Position numbers and translations under genes: made by a program. Shown in pieces: positions 13,078-29,242 of a DNA stretch of 64,000 nucleotides (its first letter is position 1; every line of letters starts with the position of its first letter). The notes beneath the pieces were generated by a model. That model made no database searches, was not told where the DNA came from, and saw nothing but the letters and a program-made list of their open reading frames with translations. This stretch comes from Eledone cirrhosa (taxonomy: Eukaryota), in contig OZ024756.1 of the NCBI GenBank assembly GCA_964016885.1, forward strand, positions 39,432,001-39,496,000. The letters run 5' to 3'.

Positions 13078-13469
13078 CAGGCGTATTTCTATATGACTAA
13101 TATTGTAGAGTTGTAGCTGCTTTACACGTATTGTTTCCAGTGAAAACAAATTTGCTTTAACCACTGTCCAAATTGAATTATATTACGTATGACAACATGA
13201 TGTCATTGTGTGACAACGGTCAGGAACTTCAGATGGAGACATCTACTGAAGTAGATAATAGCAAGACAATTTTTGCGACTTCCACCACGAGGAATCTAAC
13301 GTGATATTTGAATTTCTCATAAATTGTCCCTCGTTTAGTTCAACAATTAATCATTTTTCACTGATGTGCACTGTTATAAACTTTGCTAAAACCTCACTCA
13401 TATTCACACTTCCTTCAGACATTGTACACCGAAAACGGATAGAATGCTTTATGGTATTCCTTCCTGCTC

Positions 13470-13823
13470 TCGGAGTTCAAATCCCACCGAGGTCAACTTT
13501 GCCTTTCATCCTTTCGAGGTTGATAAAATAAAGTACCAGTAATGCACTGGAATAATTGCTGGCCTTGTGCCAAAATTAGAAACTACTATATGATTCCACT
13601 GCTACAGCTTTTTTAGTGTATTGGCAGTAAGGGCGGTGGATTGGCAGTATCGGTAGAGGGTCGGACGCCATGCTTTGCAGCAGACAGTTACGGCCCTTTA
13701 CGGTCAGAGTTCAAATCCCGCTGAGGTTAACTTTGCCTTTCATCCTTATGAGGTCGATAAAATAAAGTACCAGTAATGCACTGGAATAATTGCTGGCCTT
13801 GTGCCAAATGTAGAAACAACTAT
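13470..13823 (+). mobile_element. Two tandem Deu/Nin-type SINEs
   Basis: Partial copy 13470-13587 and full copy 13630-13823. Confidence 0.85.
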
Positions 13824-13971
13824 TATGATTCCAAAGATGGAACTAGCTGTTGAAACGGCAAGAGCTCCGTCGTCGGGCTCCCGACTCTTTATAATATAAC
13901 CATATTCTACTACCCCAAGTATCAAGTACTCTGGGCTAACCAGTTTCAAACGGAATACATCCTGATATATT

Positions 13972-14076
<105 letters not shown>

Positions 14077-14129
14077 TTATTTATATATATATATATATTT
14101 ATTTATATATATATATATATATTTATATA

Positions 14130-14480
<351 letters not shown>

Positions 14481-15188
14481 TGTCTACGTATGGACACAGA
14501 ATTGTGTATGGACCTTCAGTATTTGAGCACATACATCGCCAGCGTAGATATACATTTATTTAAAACATCTTGACTGTAGCGATAATAACGTTATTTTATA
14601 GAAATATTTTATATATAATATATATCCATGCTTTTCTCTTTACTGTGTCAATATTCACATAAAATCTCTATTTTGATATCTAAGTGTTGCAAAACGATAA
14701 TTGTATCAGAAATGTTATATTCTAAAGAAAATATTACTTCTGGTAATATTGTATATCATTATCGAAGTCTGTGCGCACGTACGTACGTGTGTATATATAT
14801 ATGTGTGAATGTGTGCGATTTCTTGCATCTATGTGTGTATGTGCGTGTATAGTGCGTGTATGTGTGTGTGTGTGTGTGTGAGAGTGTTTGTATCTATGTG
14901 TGTCTGTGCGCGTGTATGTGTGTGGCGTGTGTGTGTGCGTGCGGGTGTGTGAGAGTGTTTGTATCTGGGTGTCTATGTGTGTGTATGTGTGATTTATGAT
15001 TATACATAGGCATACATATTCATTTGTGCCTAGAGAAACAGTGAGAAATGAAAGATACATAGATAAAATAGAACAAAAGCAGTGATTTACCTGAGTTTTA
15101 TTTCGCTACTATTGTTACTATTTAACACGAGGCCTGTTTTGATAGGATGGACCTTGGTATATCAGCGAACCATCCGTCGCCATTATCT

Positions 15189-15236
<48 letters not shown>

Positions 15237-15290
15237 CATAGAATAAGGAAATACAAAGTAGTTTAGATGTTAAAGTTCTTTATTGACATG

Positions 15291-15368
15291 GTCGTGATAC
15301 ATATTTCGATGAGGACATTGGCCACGTGATTCCGCGTAGTACCCTGTGCCATGATCTTATCAGACAGC
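15291..15368 (-). ncRNA. Degenerate hammerhead motif (G8 to A)
   Basis: GCUGU-CUGAUAA-GAU..long stem II..AUC-GAAAU AUGU AUC/ACGAC inside a ~235-bp island between (TA)n tracts. Confidence 0.55.
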
Positions 15369-15467
15369 TTCTTACATAATAAGGTTACAATCGGGAGGTA
15401 ATCCAAAATTGAATTGACAAAGGAACGGACAAACACTATGTTCATGAAGCGAAGCGAATGCCCGTTC

Positions 15468-15605
<138 letters not shown>

Positions 15606-15919
15606 ATGTGTGAGTGTGAGTGTGTGTATAATGCTGAATATGTCCTTCATTTGGGTTTAATATGATAGAATATAATTCGTGTGATTTGCAGATTGTCTAC
15701 ATTAATTGTAACTGTAATTATATATGCCTTCTAAAACCTTTTTTCGGAACAGAAAAAACATTTGAGAAAAGGGAATCTTGAAAATATATTAGCTTCAAAT
15801 ATTCTGCTTCAGCGTAAGGATTTTTGTACAATGAAAATAGTCGAATAAGTTGAACATGTGTCGCCTGTCCATTTTTCACGTCTCCAGGGGCTTATATGTT
15901 CTTTTATCTTCATAATAAT

Positions 15920-16037
15920 AATTGTTTCTACTTTTGGCACAAGGCCAGCAATTACCTCAGTATATTACAGGTACTTTATTTTATCGACCCCGTAAGGATG
16001 AAAGGCAAAGTTAACCTCGGCGGGATTTGAACTCAGA
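15920..16037 (-). mobile_element. Deu/Nin-type SINE, 5'-truncated
   Basis: Reverse complement of SINE core and tail. Confidence 0.8.
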
Positions 16038-16409
16038 TAAGAACATTTACGTTGAAGCAGTTAGCCTTAAGCTAGCAGACTTTCAAAATTCAAAATTTTC
16101 TCAACGCTTATTAAATACGAATGATTTTTTGCCAATAGTATTTTCATGAAACATGCATTACAATGCTGCAAATAAGAATATAGTGCAGCACACTGACTAA
16201 ATAAATATCTTTGTATGTGAAGTCTATCAAAGGATATGGAGTTGGCAGATGAATTTAAATAAAATTGAAATATTTTTTTATTAGTTTAAGTATTTTGCAG
16301 CATATATTTATTGATTAAAATCCCATAAAGTTAAAAGTTACATATTTGTAAAATACAACCAAAACGAAATAACTGTAATACATAACTTGGTTTGATGTTC
16401 TTCTGCAAT

Positions 16410-16860
16410 TTGACTGCCTTAGGCATGTTTATCTCTGCTTGAAATATCCTGAGGAAAACACTCAACATGTGCATAAACTGTCGGAAATCTTCCAAGGGAG
16501 AGTCATAGAAATGAGCTTTTAATAAGATAGTGAACCATCATGCATTATTAATATTTAAGAAAGTCCAGCACCAATTCAAACTACCTTTTTGGTTTGTGAT
16601 TTCTCCAAAGTTTGCAGGTAATGTTGAAAGGTTATACATTGCTTTTTTTACCTACATTCACCTCTCCTTCAAATCTCTGAAAAATCTGAGGGCGTAATCA
16701 ATTGACTTCCTTAGCACCAGATTTCTGAGGAAACCATTTCTCAAGTAAGTGAATTTGGTTTGCAATTTATGCATCGCTTTAACAAATCTAATCCTAATTT
16801 CAAGCTTCCTACGCAAAGGAGGTTCTAGAAGTGTTGTGTCGAAATCATGTCATTCATTGT
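16410..16860 (-). pseudogene. Highly decayed Chapaev3-like (CMC) transposase fragment
   Basis: Ordered remnants LLEPPLRRKL..FVKAMHK..FTYL..NF..KAHFYDSPLEDF..HVECFPQDI resemble PPLHIKLG..FVKAL / KxHFLxSHLDxF / HGERFHQDI motifs. Confidence 0.55.
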
Positions 16861-16970
16861 TATTGCATTTTCTGGCTGTAGTATTGCTCTTACAGATTTG
16901 TAAAATGTGAAATAGATAGTGAAGAGAATAAATAGATCCAAACTAATACTCATGACATTGTAATTCATAG

Positions 16971-17188
16971 TGGTGGATTAGCACGATCGGTAGAGCACCG
17001 GACAACATGCCTTGTGGCATATTACTATATCTCTTTACGTTCTGAGTTAAAATACCACTGAGGTTAGCTTAGCCTTTCATCCTTACGGGGTCGATAAAAT
17101 ATAGTACCAGTAACGCACTGGAGTCGATTTAATCGACTTTCCCCTCCCCTACAAATTGTTATCCTTGTGCCTAAATCAGAAACTATTA
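16971..17188 (+). mobile_element. Deu/Nin-type SINE, long-tail subtype
   Basis: Core plus gtcgatttaatcgactttcccctccc insert; convergent partner at 17496-17683 (-). Confidence 0.85.
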
Positions 17189-17787
17189 TATTTCCTAGCA
17201 ATGTACGGTTACGTTTCTAGGATTTTAATAGTAGATAATCGTGTACATAGCAGAAGAAATTAAAAGGTGACGAAGAGATCTACATGAGTACCCATCGACA
17301 TACACACAACACTGGGGTAAAATCAACATGGAGTGACACACACTAATCGTTAACACTGTCACTTCACCAGTTATTCACAGTCAAACTGACTCTATGTGGC
17401 TCTCCACAAACAGCAGAATCTCATACCTAAACACATTTAAATACGCTTCAAATTTCATAATCAGCTGCCCTGACATAATTATAACACATTTATAATGATT
17501 TCTAGTATAGGCACAAGGCCAGTAATTTGGGGGGAGGGGAAAGTTGATTAAATCGAGTTATTGGTAAGTTACTGGTGCTTAAGTTAACCTCGGCGGGATT
17601 TGAAGTCAGATCGTAAAGGACCGTAACTCTATGCTGCAAAGCATGGTATCCGACTCTCTATCGATACTGCCAATCCACAGCCCTGTAACACATTTATAAT
17701 AATAAATGAATGACTCTGGGGTGGATGTATTCTGAATTGGATGACTGGGAGTAAAACAATACCTAACATAAACAGAACTGCCAACAT

Positions 17788-17930
17788 CTAAAAACCATGA
17801 ATAAAGGTATCCCAAAACGGGGAGAATTGAGGTAAAGTGGGGAGATTTTACATAATGAAAGCTAAACCCATTTTCCCAAGAGAAGACATCTCTCACACAT
17901 CCCTATGTGAGTGTGAGATCTCCACGTACG
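17788..17930 (+). repeat. Dispersed MITE-like repeat
   Basis: gccaac.tctaaaa..ggggaga..ttacataatgaaa..acccatttt..agagaa.acatctc; also 41089-41250 (+) and 38815-39062 (-, interrupted by a CORE-SINE fragment). Confidence 0.65.
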
Positions 17931-20664
17931 ATGGGGGCGGAGTTCACAACTCTGTAATTCATCTTCTCCGTATCTTAAAAACTTTCTTCCCAAATAAATA
18001 TATTGTAGAAGTTTTGCATAGGAATTAATACAACGTATATTTATACCAGAATCTTTATAATTATATTACACAATGCGATGTATTGTATATTTAAATGGTG
18101 AGTATAGCAAATAAGAAAAACGATGAACATATGCTCACATGAAAACTAAACCCGAGGAGAAACAGCTGATTTCCTGTTTCTATTGAACAAACAAAATTAT
18201 CATTAGACACCCATCAAAGCTCTTGTGAGAAAATTACTGTTGCCTAGAATTATTGGACTTTCATTCCCCATTGCTAGAATGGGAAATGCTGTTTTTGTCG
18301 AGCTTTAAGCTTTCAAGATTAAATCTACAAGCTATGCGGCTTAGGCAGGAAATCTGCAATGCAGAATCAACTGCAGTATTGATTGATGATTTTTCTGGTG
18401 AAAGAGAAATCGTCGTGGGGAATTAGTATAGACGATTGAATCGAACCTGACATATTGAAGGTGCTTGTATCATCAAATCCTACGTGAAGGATAAAAAGAA
18501 ATGTATTCACGCATGGATTTCTACACAGTATGTTGTCAGGGAAATGAAATACCAGATGGAAACACTAAATTACGATGAATGAAACGAGTTAACTTGCTAA
18601 TATGAAAATATTGGAACATTAAGGCTTTCCTTCCCTACCGACTTTACTATTTATTTTTCTAGAATATTGAAGTCGATGTTAAACTATTTTCTATTCTGAT
18701 GTGTTTCTACTGTTCAATCTACTGGCAGTAGGGTTCATGTAAGTATCAAATTAAGGTAATGACATTTTAAAATATCCCCAGGTAGCTTGTTTTACAGCGC
18801 ACCCCACGTTTATAAACGTGGCCACCAGAAAGCTGTTACGAGCTTATTCTTTCTAATATGTTTTTAGAAAATCCCTCTAATACTTCATTAATTAATTAAG
18901 ATAAAATGTATTTCATTAGAAATATTGTCACGAAAGGGTTAAGAAAATAGACTGTTATTTAACGATGATTTTGGCTATCATACGTTGAAAGTCAAGCAAT
19001 CGGACAAATGTATACTATAAAGGTATACACTATATTTATAATATATGTTGAAAGAATATAACATAAACATGTTTTTAGCGCATATGCTATGCCGCCTTTC
19101 TGTTTATTTCATGTTTTATAAAGTCGTATTACATTGCTGACTCGTGGTATTCCTAAATATTATGTTTGTAAAGAGACAGAAGGAGGAAGCAGAACTACTT
19201 TTTAAAAAGTTGTGATTATTGTTTAAGTTTCAATGCTCGCAACTTGGTTGAATTAACTGTCTATTTCAAATTCCAGGAAGATGAACTGTTGAAGGGCATA
19301 CGATTAGATACACAACACCAACATAATGAAATGTGACTTGTAATTGACTTATACGGTATTATTAACTAAATGCCGAATTCTATCTCTATGCATCTAAGCA
19401 TTAACACGCAGTGTGAAAAGTTCATACTGGATCTCGGTTGCTAACTTGTAACTGATTCAATAAATACCCATTTCATTAGGTCAATGAAAAACATGGCATA
19501 TCTCTTTTAACTATACATAATGAGATTGTTTAGCTATTCTACACAAAAGTATAAAGGCAACAAGAGAATAAGAGAAATTCAAATGAAAGCCATTTCTATT
19601 GAATCCGTATGTTTTAAAGCACATTAATTCAATCAATGCTGCATTACAATCCTGTGCGTGATTCTAAGTTACAACTTAACACTTGATGAACACCAACAAC
19701 GAGAACTTCAATAAAATTACTATTCAAAGTAAGAGAAATAAATACCAAGAAATTGAAGTGAAAAAGTGAAATGTAAACCGACTTAACTAAAAGAAAACCA
19801 ACGTTACAGAAATAAGAAATGCAACAAAAATGGCGGCTAAAAAGAATATGCCCACTATTAACAAAAATGTCGGTTGATTATATATCAAAAAGGAAAACTG
19901 AAATATTATCGAATATTCTTATTTTAGACGATAAATGTTAAAGTTGTTTCTATTATTTTATATTCTTAACTTCCTTTGTAATTATCAGCATCTTATGATA
20001 AATAATTGTTGTGATTATATTGAAACTGTTATGGGTGAGTGGAGTAACAATTTAGAGGCATTCTTGGAAAAGATTAATAAGAAAAATATCTATTTAAAAT
20101 AATCGATGAGGATGCAAGGGAAAATTAAAGGAAAAGAAAGATGAAAGACTGTATATGCATTATATCTACTTTTCTACACAATTAAATAATCTTGTGAGGT
20201 TTCCCAACCATATCATATTGTGATTTTTTATTTAAAACTATTTAAGTACAATTTCAATGAAGAAAGCAATATTTCCATTAGCGTATTCTACATTTGTTCT
20301 CAGCATTAACGTTAATAAAAACAAGAAAATAAACATTAAAATTAAAGGTTCATTCCTCAGAAAAACAATAAAATCATCGGCAAGAAGAAAAATGTTTTCA
20401 ACGTTAATAACGAGAAATATTTTAAGTATAAAATCAAGGAGAAATATCGTGAATCCGAACAAGAATAATTACAAAATATTGTTCCATGTCACAGAGTAAA
20501 GATTGTGCGAGAATACGTTAATAAAATGAAGGTACTAACATGGAAATTGACTGGGAATAACCCATGTCTTCAATTCTGTTAAATATTTACGGAAATGAAT
20601 GAAGAATAAGTTTGCAGGGAACACAACCAACTAGAGCAACACTATAGTGGAGCCTATTGAGGAC

Positions 20665-20710
<46 letters not shown>

Positions 20711-21135
20711 CAAAGAAAGTGTGATAAGGAACCAGGTGGACCATAACGCCCCAGAGTACTCGAAACTTAGGGTAGTAGATCCGTTTCGGATCTAGCTGTC
20801 GAGACAGCCGGCGCTCAGCCGTCGGGGTCCTGACTCTTTTCCTATATATATATATAAATAAGACTCCAGTTGCATTTTCGATTTCATCTTTTTTTCTTTA
20901 TACTTTCACTCGTGTAGGACACCTCGGTTATTTTTCATTTAAAAAAAAAAAAAAAAAAAAAAAAACCTCACTTTCTAATAATATATATATATATATTAAT
21001 ATTATGGGAGGGTCATGCTGCCAATAAAAACACGCGCACCTGTCGGTGTTCACTTCAATTTATTACAGAATTCTACCTAGTTAGTTTAGTAACCGGTTGG
21101 TTGTTTATGTATTTTCAAAGCTCTTTCGTTACACA

Positions 21136-21221
21136 TTCTGTGACCTCCTTAGTGACTAATGTGTTATTTTGTGTCTCTCCTTTGCTCTGACCTACACCAT
21201 CTTGATTTTGTGTGTTGTGTG

Positions 21222-21289
<68 letters not shown>

Positions 21290-21370
21290 CATACAGCACA
21301 CAACACTCAAAAGCAAGATGGTGTAGGTCAGAGCAAAAGAGAGACATTAGTCACTAAGGAGATCACAGAA
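21136..21370. repeat. Inverted repeat (~90-bp arms) with a (TA)n loop
   Basis: ttctgtgacctccttagtgactaatg..tgtggtgta / tacagcacacaacac..cattagtcactaaggagatcacagaa. Confidence 0.85.
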
Positions 21371-21512
21371 AATCTTGAGGTTGTGATTTCGATTACTGGA
21401 CCGGGCGATGCGTTATGTCCTTGAGCAAGACACTTTATTTCACGTTGCTCCTTCTACCTGGAGTTGCGACCGATAGATAGTACTAGTAACTGGAAAGACC
21501 AACGGAAAAAAA

Positions 21513-21546
<34 letters not shown>

Positions 21547-21924
21547 CTGTCGAAACGACCGCTGCTCAGCCGTCGGGTTCTGACTATTTTTATATATATA
21601 TATATATATATACGCGTTCCTTTATATTCTTATTTTTGCTAATGAAATTATTACGTATGCTTGTGTGGGCGTTATATATACACTTGTTTCATTTCTGTTG
21701 GTGGATCATTCATTATAGTTTCATTGAGAACGGTAATTACTTCAGTCCAATTGTATTATGTTAAGTTATATTAATAGTCACCGTAATGGAAGCCAGAGTT
21801 GATCTTGTAAAGGAAATTGAATATTTGATACAATAGAGATAAATATTGTATAGTCATTGTTACGAGATATTATACAGAGTACAAATGGAAGACAGTTAAT
21901 ATAAATGTACAGAGAGCAATACAC

Positions 21925-25096
<3,172 letters not shown>

Positions 25097-25324
25097 CAAT
25101 ATATATATTTCATGAATACTGATATTTACATTATAATGCCTGTTTTATACGAACTAATTTTTTCTACAGGATGAAACATAGCGTTTTAAATTCTGACTTG
25201 TTTATGTCTGGTTATTTTTCATTTTCTCTTTTTCATTTTTTTCATTTTCTCTTTTTTTTCTCTCTATATAACGGCTATTTTCTCTCTTGACTACATACAT
25301 CTCTCTTTACATTAATACTAGAGC

Positions 25325-25359
<35 letters not shown>

Positions 25360-25665
25360 ATGTATCAACCGATACTCAACTTCCTAGTTTCTCTATCTAT
25401 CTCTATCTATCTCTTTCTTTTTTCCTCTCTCTATATATATTTCTCTCTGTTTCTTTACATGAAGTTCTTCTCTTTATCTATCTTTCTATATCTCTCTATT
25501 TAGTCACATGCATTTCTTCTTTTTCTTCGTTTCTCTTTCTTTCTTTCTTTCTCTCTTTCTTTTTACAACTGTCCACAATATTTTTTACTGCCAAATCAAC
25601 CTCCCAAATGCAAGGTGATTGAAAGGTATGACGTATCTATTTATTTATAAGACTGTTTATATTGT

Positions 25666-25729
25666 ATTTTGTCTGAAGAAGGCATAACATATTGTTAATA
25701 TGATATCCCTGAAATATATATAACGAAAT
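25666..25729 (+). ncRNA. Minimal type-I hammerhead ribozyme, intact (family E)
   Basis: AUUUUGU-CUGAAGA-AGG..CAUAUUG U UAAUAUG..CCU-GAAA UAUAU AUA/ACGAAAU; 7-bp stem I. Confidence 0.85.
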
Positions 25730-25858
25730 AAATATGGTTTTATAAATATAGTTTCCATTTATTTAATATCATAAATATACTCCAAATACTTGTTGAGTGC
25801 TTTTATATCAGTTATAAATATTTACTCGTTGTTAACCCAACAATTTAAATATAACTTT

Positions 25859-25928
<70 letters not shown>

Positions 25929-26131
25929 TATATTATCCTTATATATATATATATGTGTGTGTGTTTATATAAGTGTGTGTATGTGATTGTGTGCATTGGC
26001 GATTACTGAGTGAATATGCTGCTACGACGTTGCTTCTGTTAGAATAAAGTAAATGGCTTCTCCCACTGCATAGACTAAAACTGTTGCAAACAATTTCTGT
26101 ATTGAATTGTTTACATATATATATATATATA

Positions 26132-27415
26132 CTAGCATTAAAGCCCGGCGTTGCTCGGGGTCATTAAGTTACCAAGTTAGGTTGCAGCACTTTTTTGTCT
26201 GCCAGGCACTGGTGAATGAACTGCAGACCTGGAAACATGAGCTGCGCCAGCAGTGACAATTGTAGTTTCGCCTATGGATATTATCTCTGTGCAAAAAAGT
26301 GTTGAAATTTATTGTTTCACAGTACTTGCGCAACACGCGAGTAGACGATGCCAGCCGAACAACAGAGCTGCGATGGAGTTGTTCTGCATGGTTGTCTGTG
26401 TGTTTTCTAAATTTAAGACAGTAGGGAGGGTTGTGATATGAGGGAGAGTTAGCTGTTGTTTCTAGCAGGTTTAGTGACCTCATAGAGGATATGTGTTTTC
26501 TAAATTTAAGACAGTAGGGAGTGGTGTGATATGAGGGAGAGTTAGCTGCTGTTTCTAGCAGGTTTAGTGACCTCATAGAGGATATGTGTTTTCTAAATTT
26601 AAGACAGTAGGGAGTGGTGTGATATGACGGAGAGTTAGCTGCTGTTCTAGCAGGTTAGTGACCTCATAGAAGATATGTTTTCTAAATTTAAGACAGTAGG
26701 GAGGGGTATGATATGGGGGAGAGTTAGCTGCTGTTTCTAGCAGGTTTAGTAACCTCATAGAGGATATGTGTTTTCTAAATTTAAGACAGTAGGGAGTGGT
26801 GTGATATGAGGGAGAGTTAGCTGCTGTTTCTAGCAGGTTTAGTAACCTCATAGAGGCTATGTGTTTTCTAAATTTAAGACAGTAGGGGAGTGGTGTGATA
26901 TGAGGGAGAGTTAGCTGCTGTTTCTAGCAGGTTTAGTGACCTCATAGAGGATATTATTGTTTATCATATATATATATAAAACTGACTGCACGCCTAACGA
27001 AATTTACAGATACATATATTTTAAATAAACTTATATAATTTTTGCTTTTTTTAACGAAATATTTGCTTGTTTTACGTAGTCTTTAAATAGACTTGTTTTC
27101 AAGTAAAAATTATTGTGTTAATGTCATTTTAAACGCTGAGAAAGCCAGCGTAATTTTTTTAATTTTTTGCACGCAGACGCTCAATGTAAACAGAACAAAG
27201 GGAAATAACTGATCACTTACGCTCAAAAATCGATACATTATATTCGATTTCGTCAGATAGGGCGGGTCAATTTGAAATATTTTTTTTCCGATGTCTTCGC
27301 TAGGGCTCAATGTACAAGTATAGCAATTTCGGTGCAATTCCGTGAGAGATTCTAAGAGGAGATGTGTGCCAAAAATCGATAGACAGACAGACAACCACAG
27401 TTTTATATATATAGA
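26132..27415 (-). mobile_element. Non-autonomous Helitron
   Basis: Minus strand starts TCTATATATATAAAACTG and ends with hairpin CCCGAGCAACGCCGGG then CTAG; inserted between A and T; subterminal (GACA)n. Confidence 0.8.
26398..26953. repeat. 93-bp tandem repeat, 6 units, inside the Helitron
   Basis: Unit atgtgttttctaaatttaagacagtagggagtggtgtgatatgagggagagttagctgctgtttctagcaggtttagtgacctcatagaggat. Confidence 0.95.
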
Positions 27416-28024
27416 TTAGAACTGGTGCTCTGAAATAGCTATATATATATGAATGTATATATAGTGTATTTTGCAATACACTGTATGCTTAATTAAAAGC
27501 ATTTCAAAGACCTTATGCTATTGTTTTAGAGTAGTGACAGACTCACTTACTTTAATTTTCAGCAAACAGGGGGAGATAAAGGTGACAGGGCCCTGTTTCG
27601 CATTTATTGATGCTTATCAAAGCTACTCTAAAACAATAGCATAAGGTATTCGAAATGCTTTTAATTAAGCATACAGTGTATTGCAAAATACACTATAGAT
27701 ACATTCATATATATATATAGCTATTTCAGAGCACCAATTCTAATTTTCAATTTCTCCTTGACCGGCAACCGCTCTGTATAATCAGTTCCTGATTATTTAC
27801 TAGAATTCTATAAGAACCAAACATCCATGATTTCAGCAAACAGGAGGAGTTGTTGGCTTTGATAAGTATCAATAAATGCGAAACAGGGCCCTCTCAGCTT
27901 TATCTCCTCTGTTTGCTGAAAATTAAAGTAAGTGAGTCTGTCACTACTCCAAAACAATAGCATAATGTCTTCGAAATGCTTTTAATTAAGCATACAATGT
28001 ATTGCAAAATACACTATATATACA

Positions 28025-28032
<8 letters not shown>
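27415..28032. mobile_element. Penelope-like terminal-repeat cluster (one inverted plus two partial tandem repeats), family D
   Basis: 27415-27625 is the reverse complement of parts of 27623-27744 and 27856-28032; each strand carries an HHR motif. Confidence 0.85.
27855..27899 (+). ncRNA. Hammerhead motif with U3-A8 covariation
   Basis: GGCU-UUGAUAA-GUAU CAAUAA AUGC-GAAAC AGGGCCCU CUC/AGCU, enclosed by uucagcaaacag..cuguuugcugaa; minus copy near 27580-27624 keeps GUC. Confidence 0.7.
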
Positions 28033-28071
<39 letters not shown>

Positions 28072-28561
28072 ATGTGTATATATATATATATATACTTACA
28101 TCCACACGTAAAACTCTTCAACTAGCAACATATATCTCCGGTTTTCAAAAGCGAAATACAATTACGCCACCATGACGATCTTCCAACCACGCCCCTCCCT
28201 AGTGATTCCTTTCATGTCTCTCGAGATTAAAACCGATCAATCACCAGCAGCGATGGCGTAACTGTTCATTTGATCATTTTAATAACCCTATTCAAGATTT
28301 CATTCTAATCAGCCAATATTGTATACAATTTTTAAATAAATAAATAGATAAATAAATAATATAATAATTGGATCCATCAATTTTGATTAAAAAATGATCA
28401 ATTATCTGAGATGATAATACAGGTTTTATACTGTACATATAATATAATATATATATATATATAATATAATATATATATATAATATAATAATATATATATA
28501 TTTTATATTATATATATATATATATATTTTATATTTTATATATATGTATATATATATATAT

Positions 28562-28629
<68 letters not shown>

Positions 28630-28886
28630 TTTATATTATATATATATTTTATATTATATATGTATATATGTATGTAAAAGGTAAACATAAATAACAATAC
28701 AATCGGCAGAGTGTATGGAAGGGATAAGATAGATAGGGATAAGAGATATATATATAGATATAGATATGTATATATATATACATATATTTATTAAAATAAA
28801 TTTTTGACCTACGGTTCTTATATATTTGATATATATTTATCCTTATCGAGCCCTCTTTGGATTTTAGTCTTCACATTTATTACTAT

Positions 28887-28939
<53 letters not shown>

Positions 28940-28996
28940 AATACCTATATATATATATACATAAATACATATATATATATATATATACATAAATAC

Positions 28997-29027
<31 letters not shown>

Positions 29028-29147
29028 CATAAATACATACATATATATATATATATAAATATACACAAATATATATATATACACAAATATAAATATATAT
29101 ATATATATATATACATAAATACATATATATATACATACATATATACA

Positions 29148-29242
<95 letters not shown>

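Noticed and set aside
18663-18744. ag..gtaagt exon-like segment
   Set aside because: All three frames contain stops; could only be UTR
19278-19338. Possible terminal exon EDELLKGIRLDTQHQHNEM*
   Set aside because: Weak polypyrimidine tract, no corroboration
26398-26953. CRISPR-like appearance of tandem arrays
   Set aside because: No unique spacers, no cas genes, eukaryotic context
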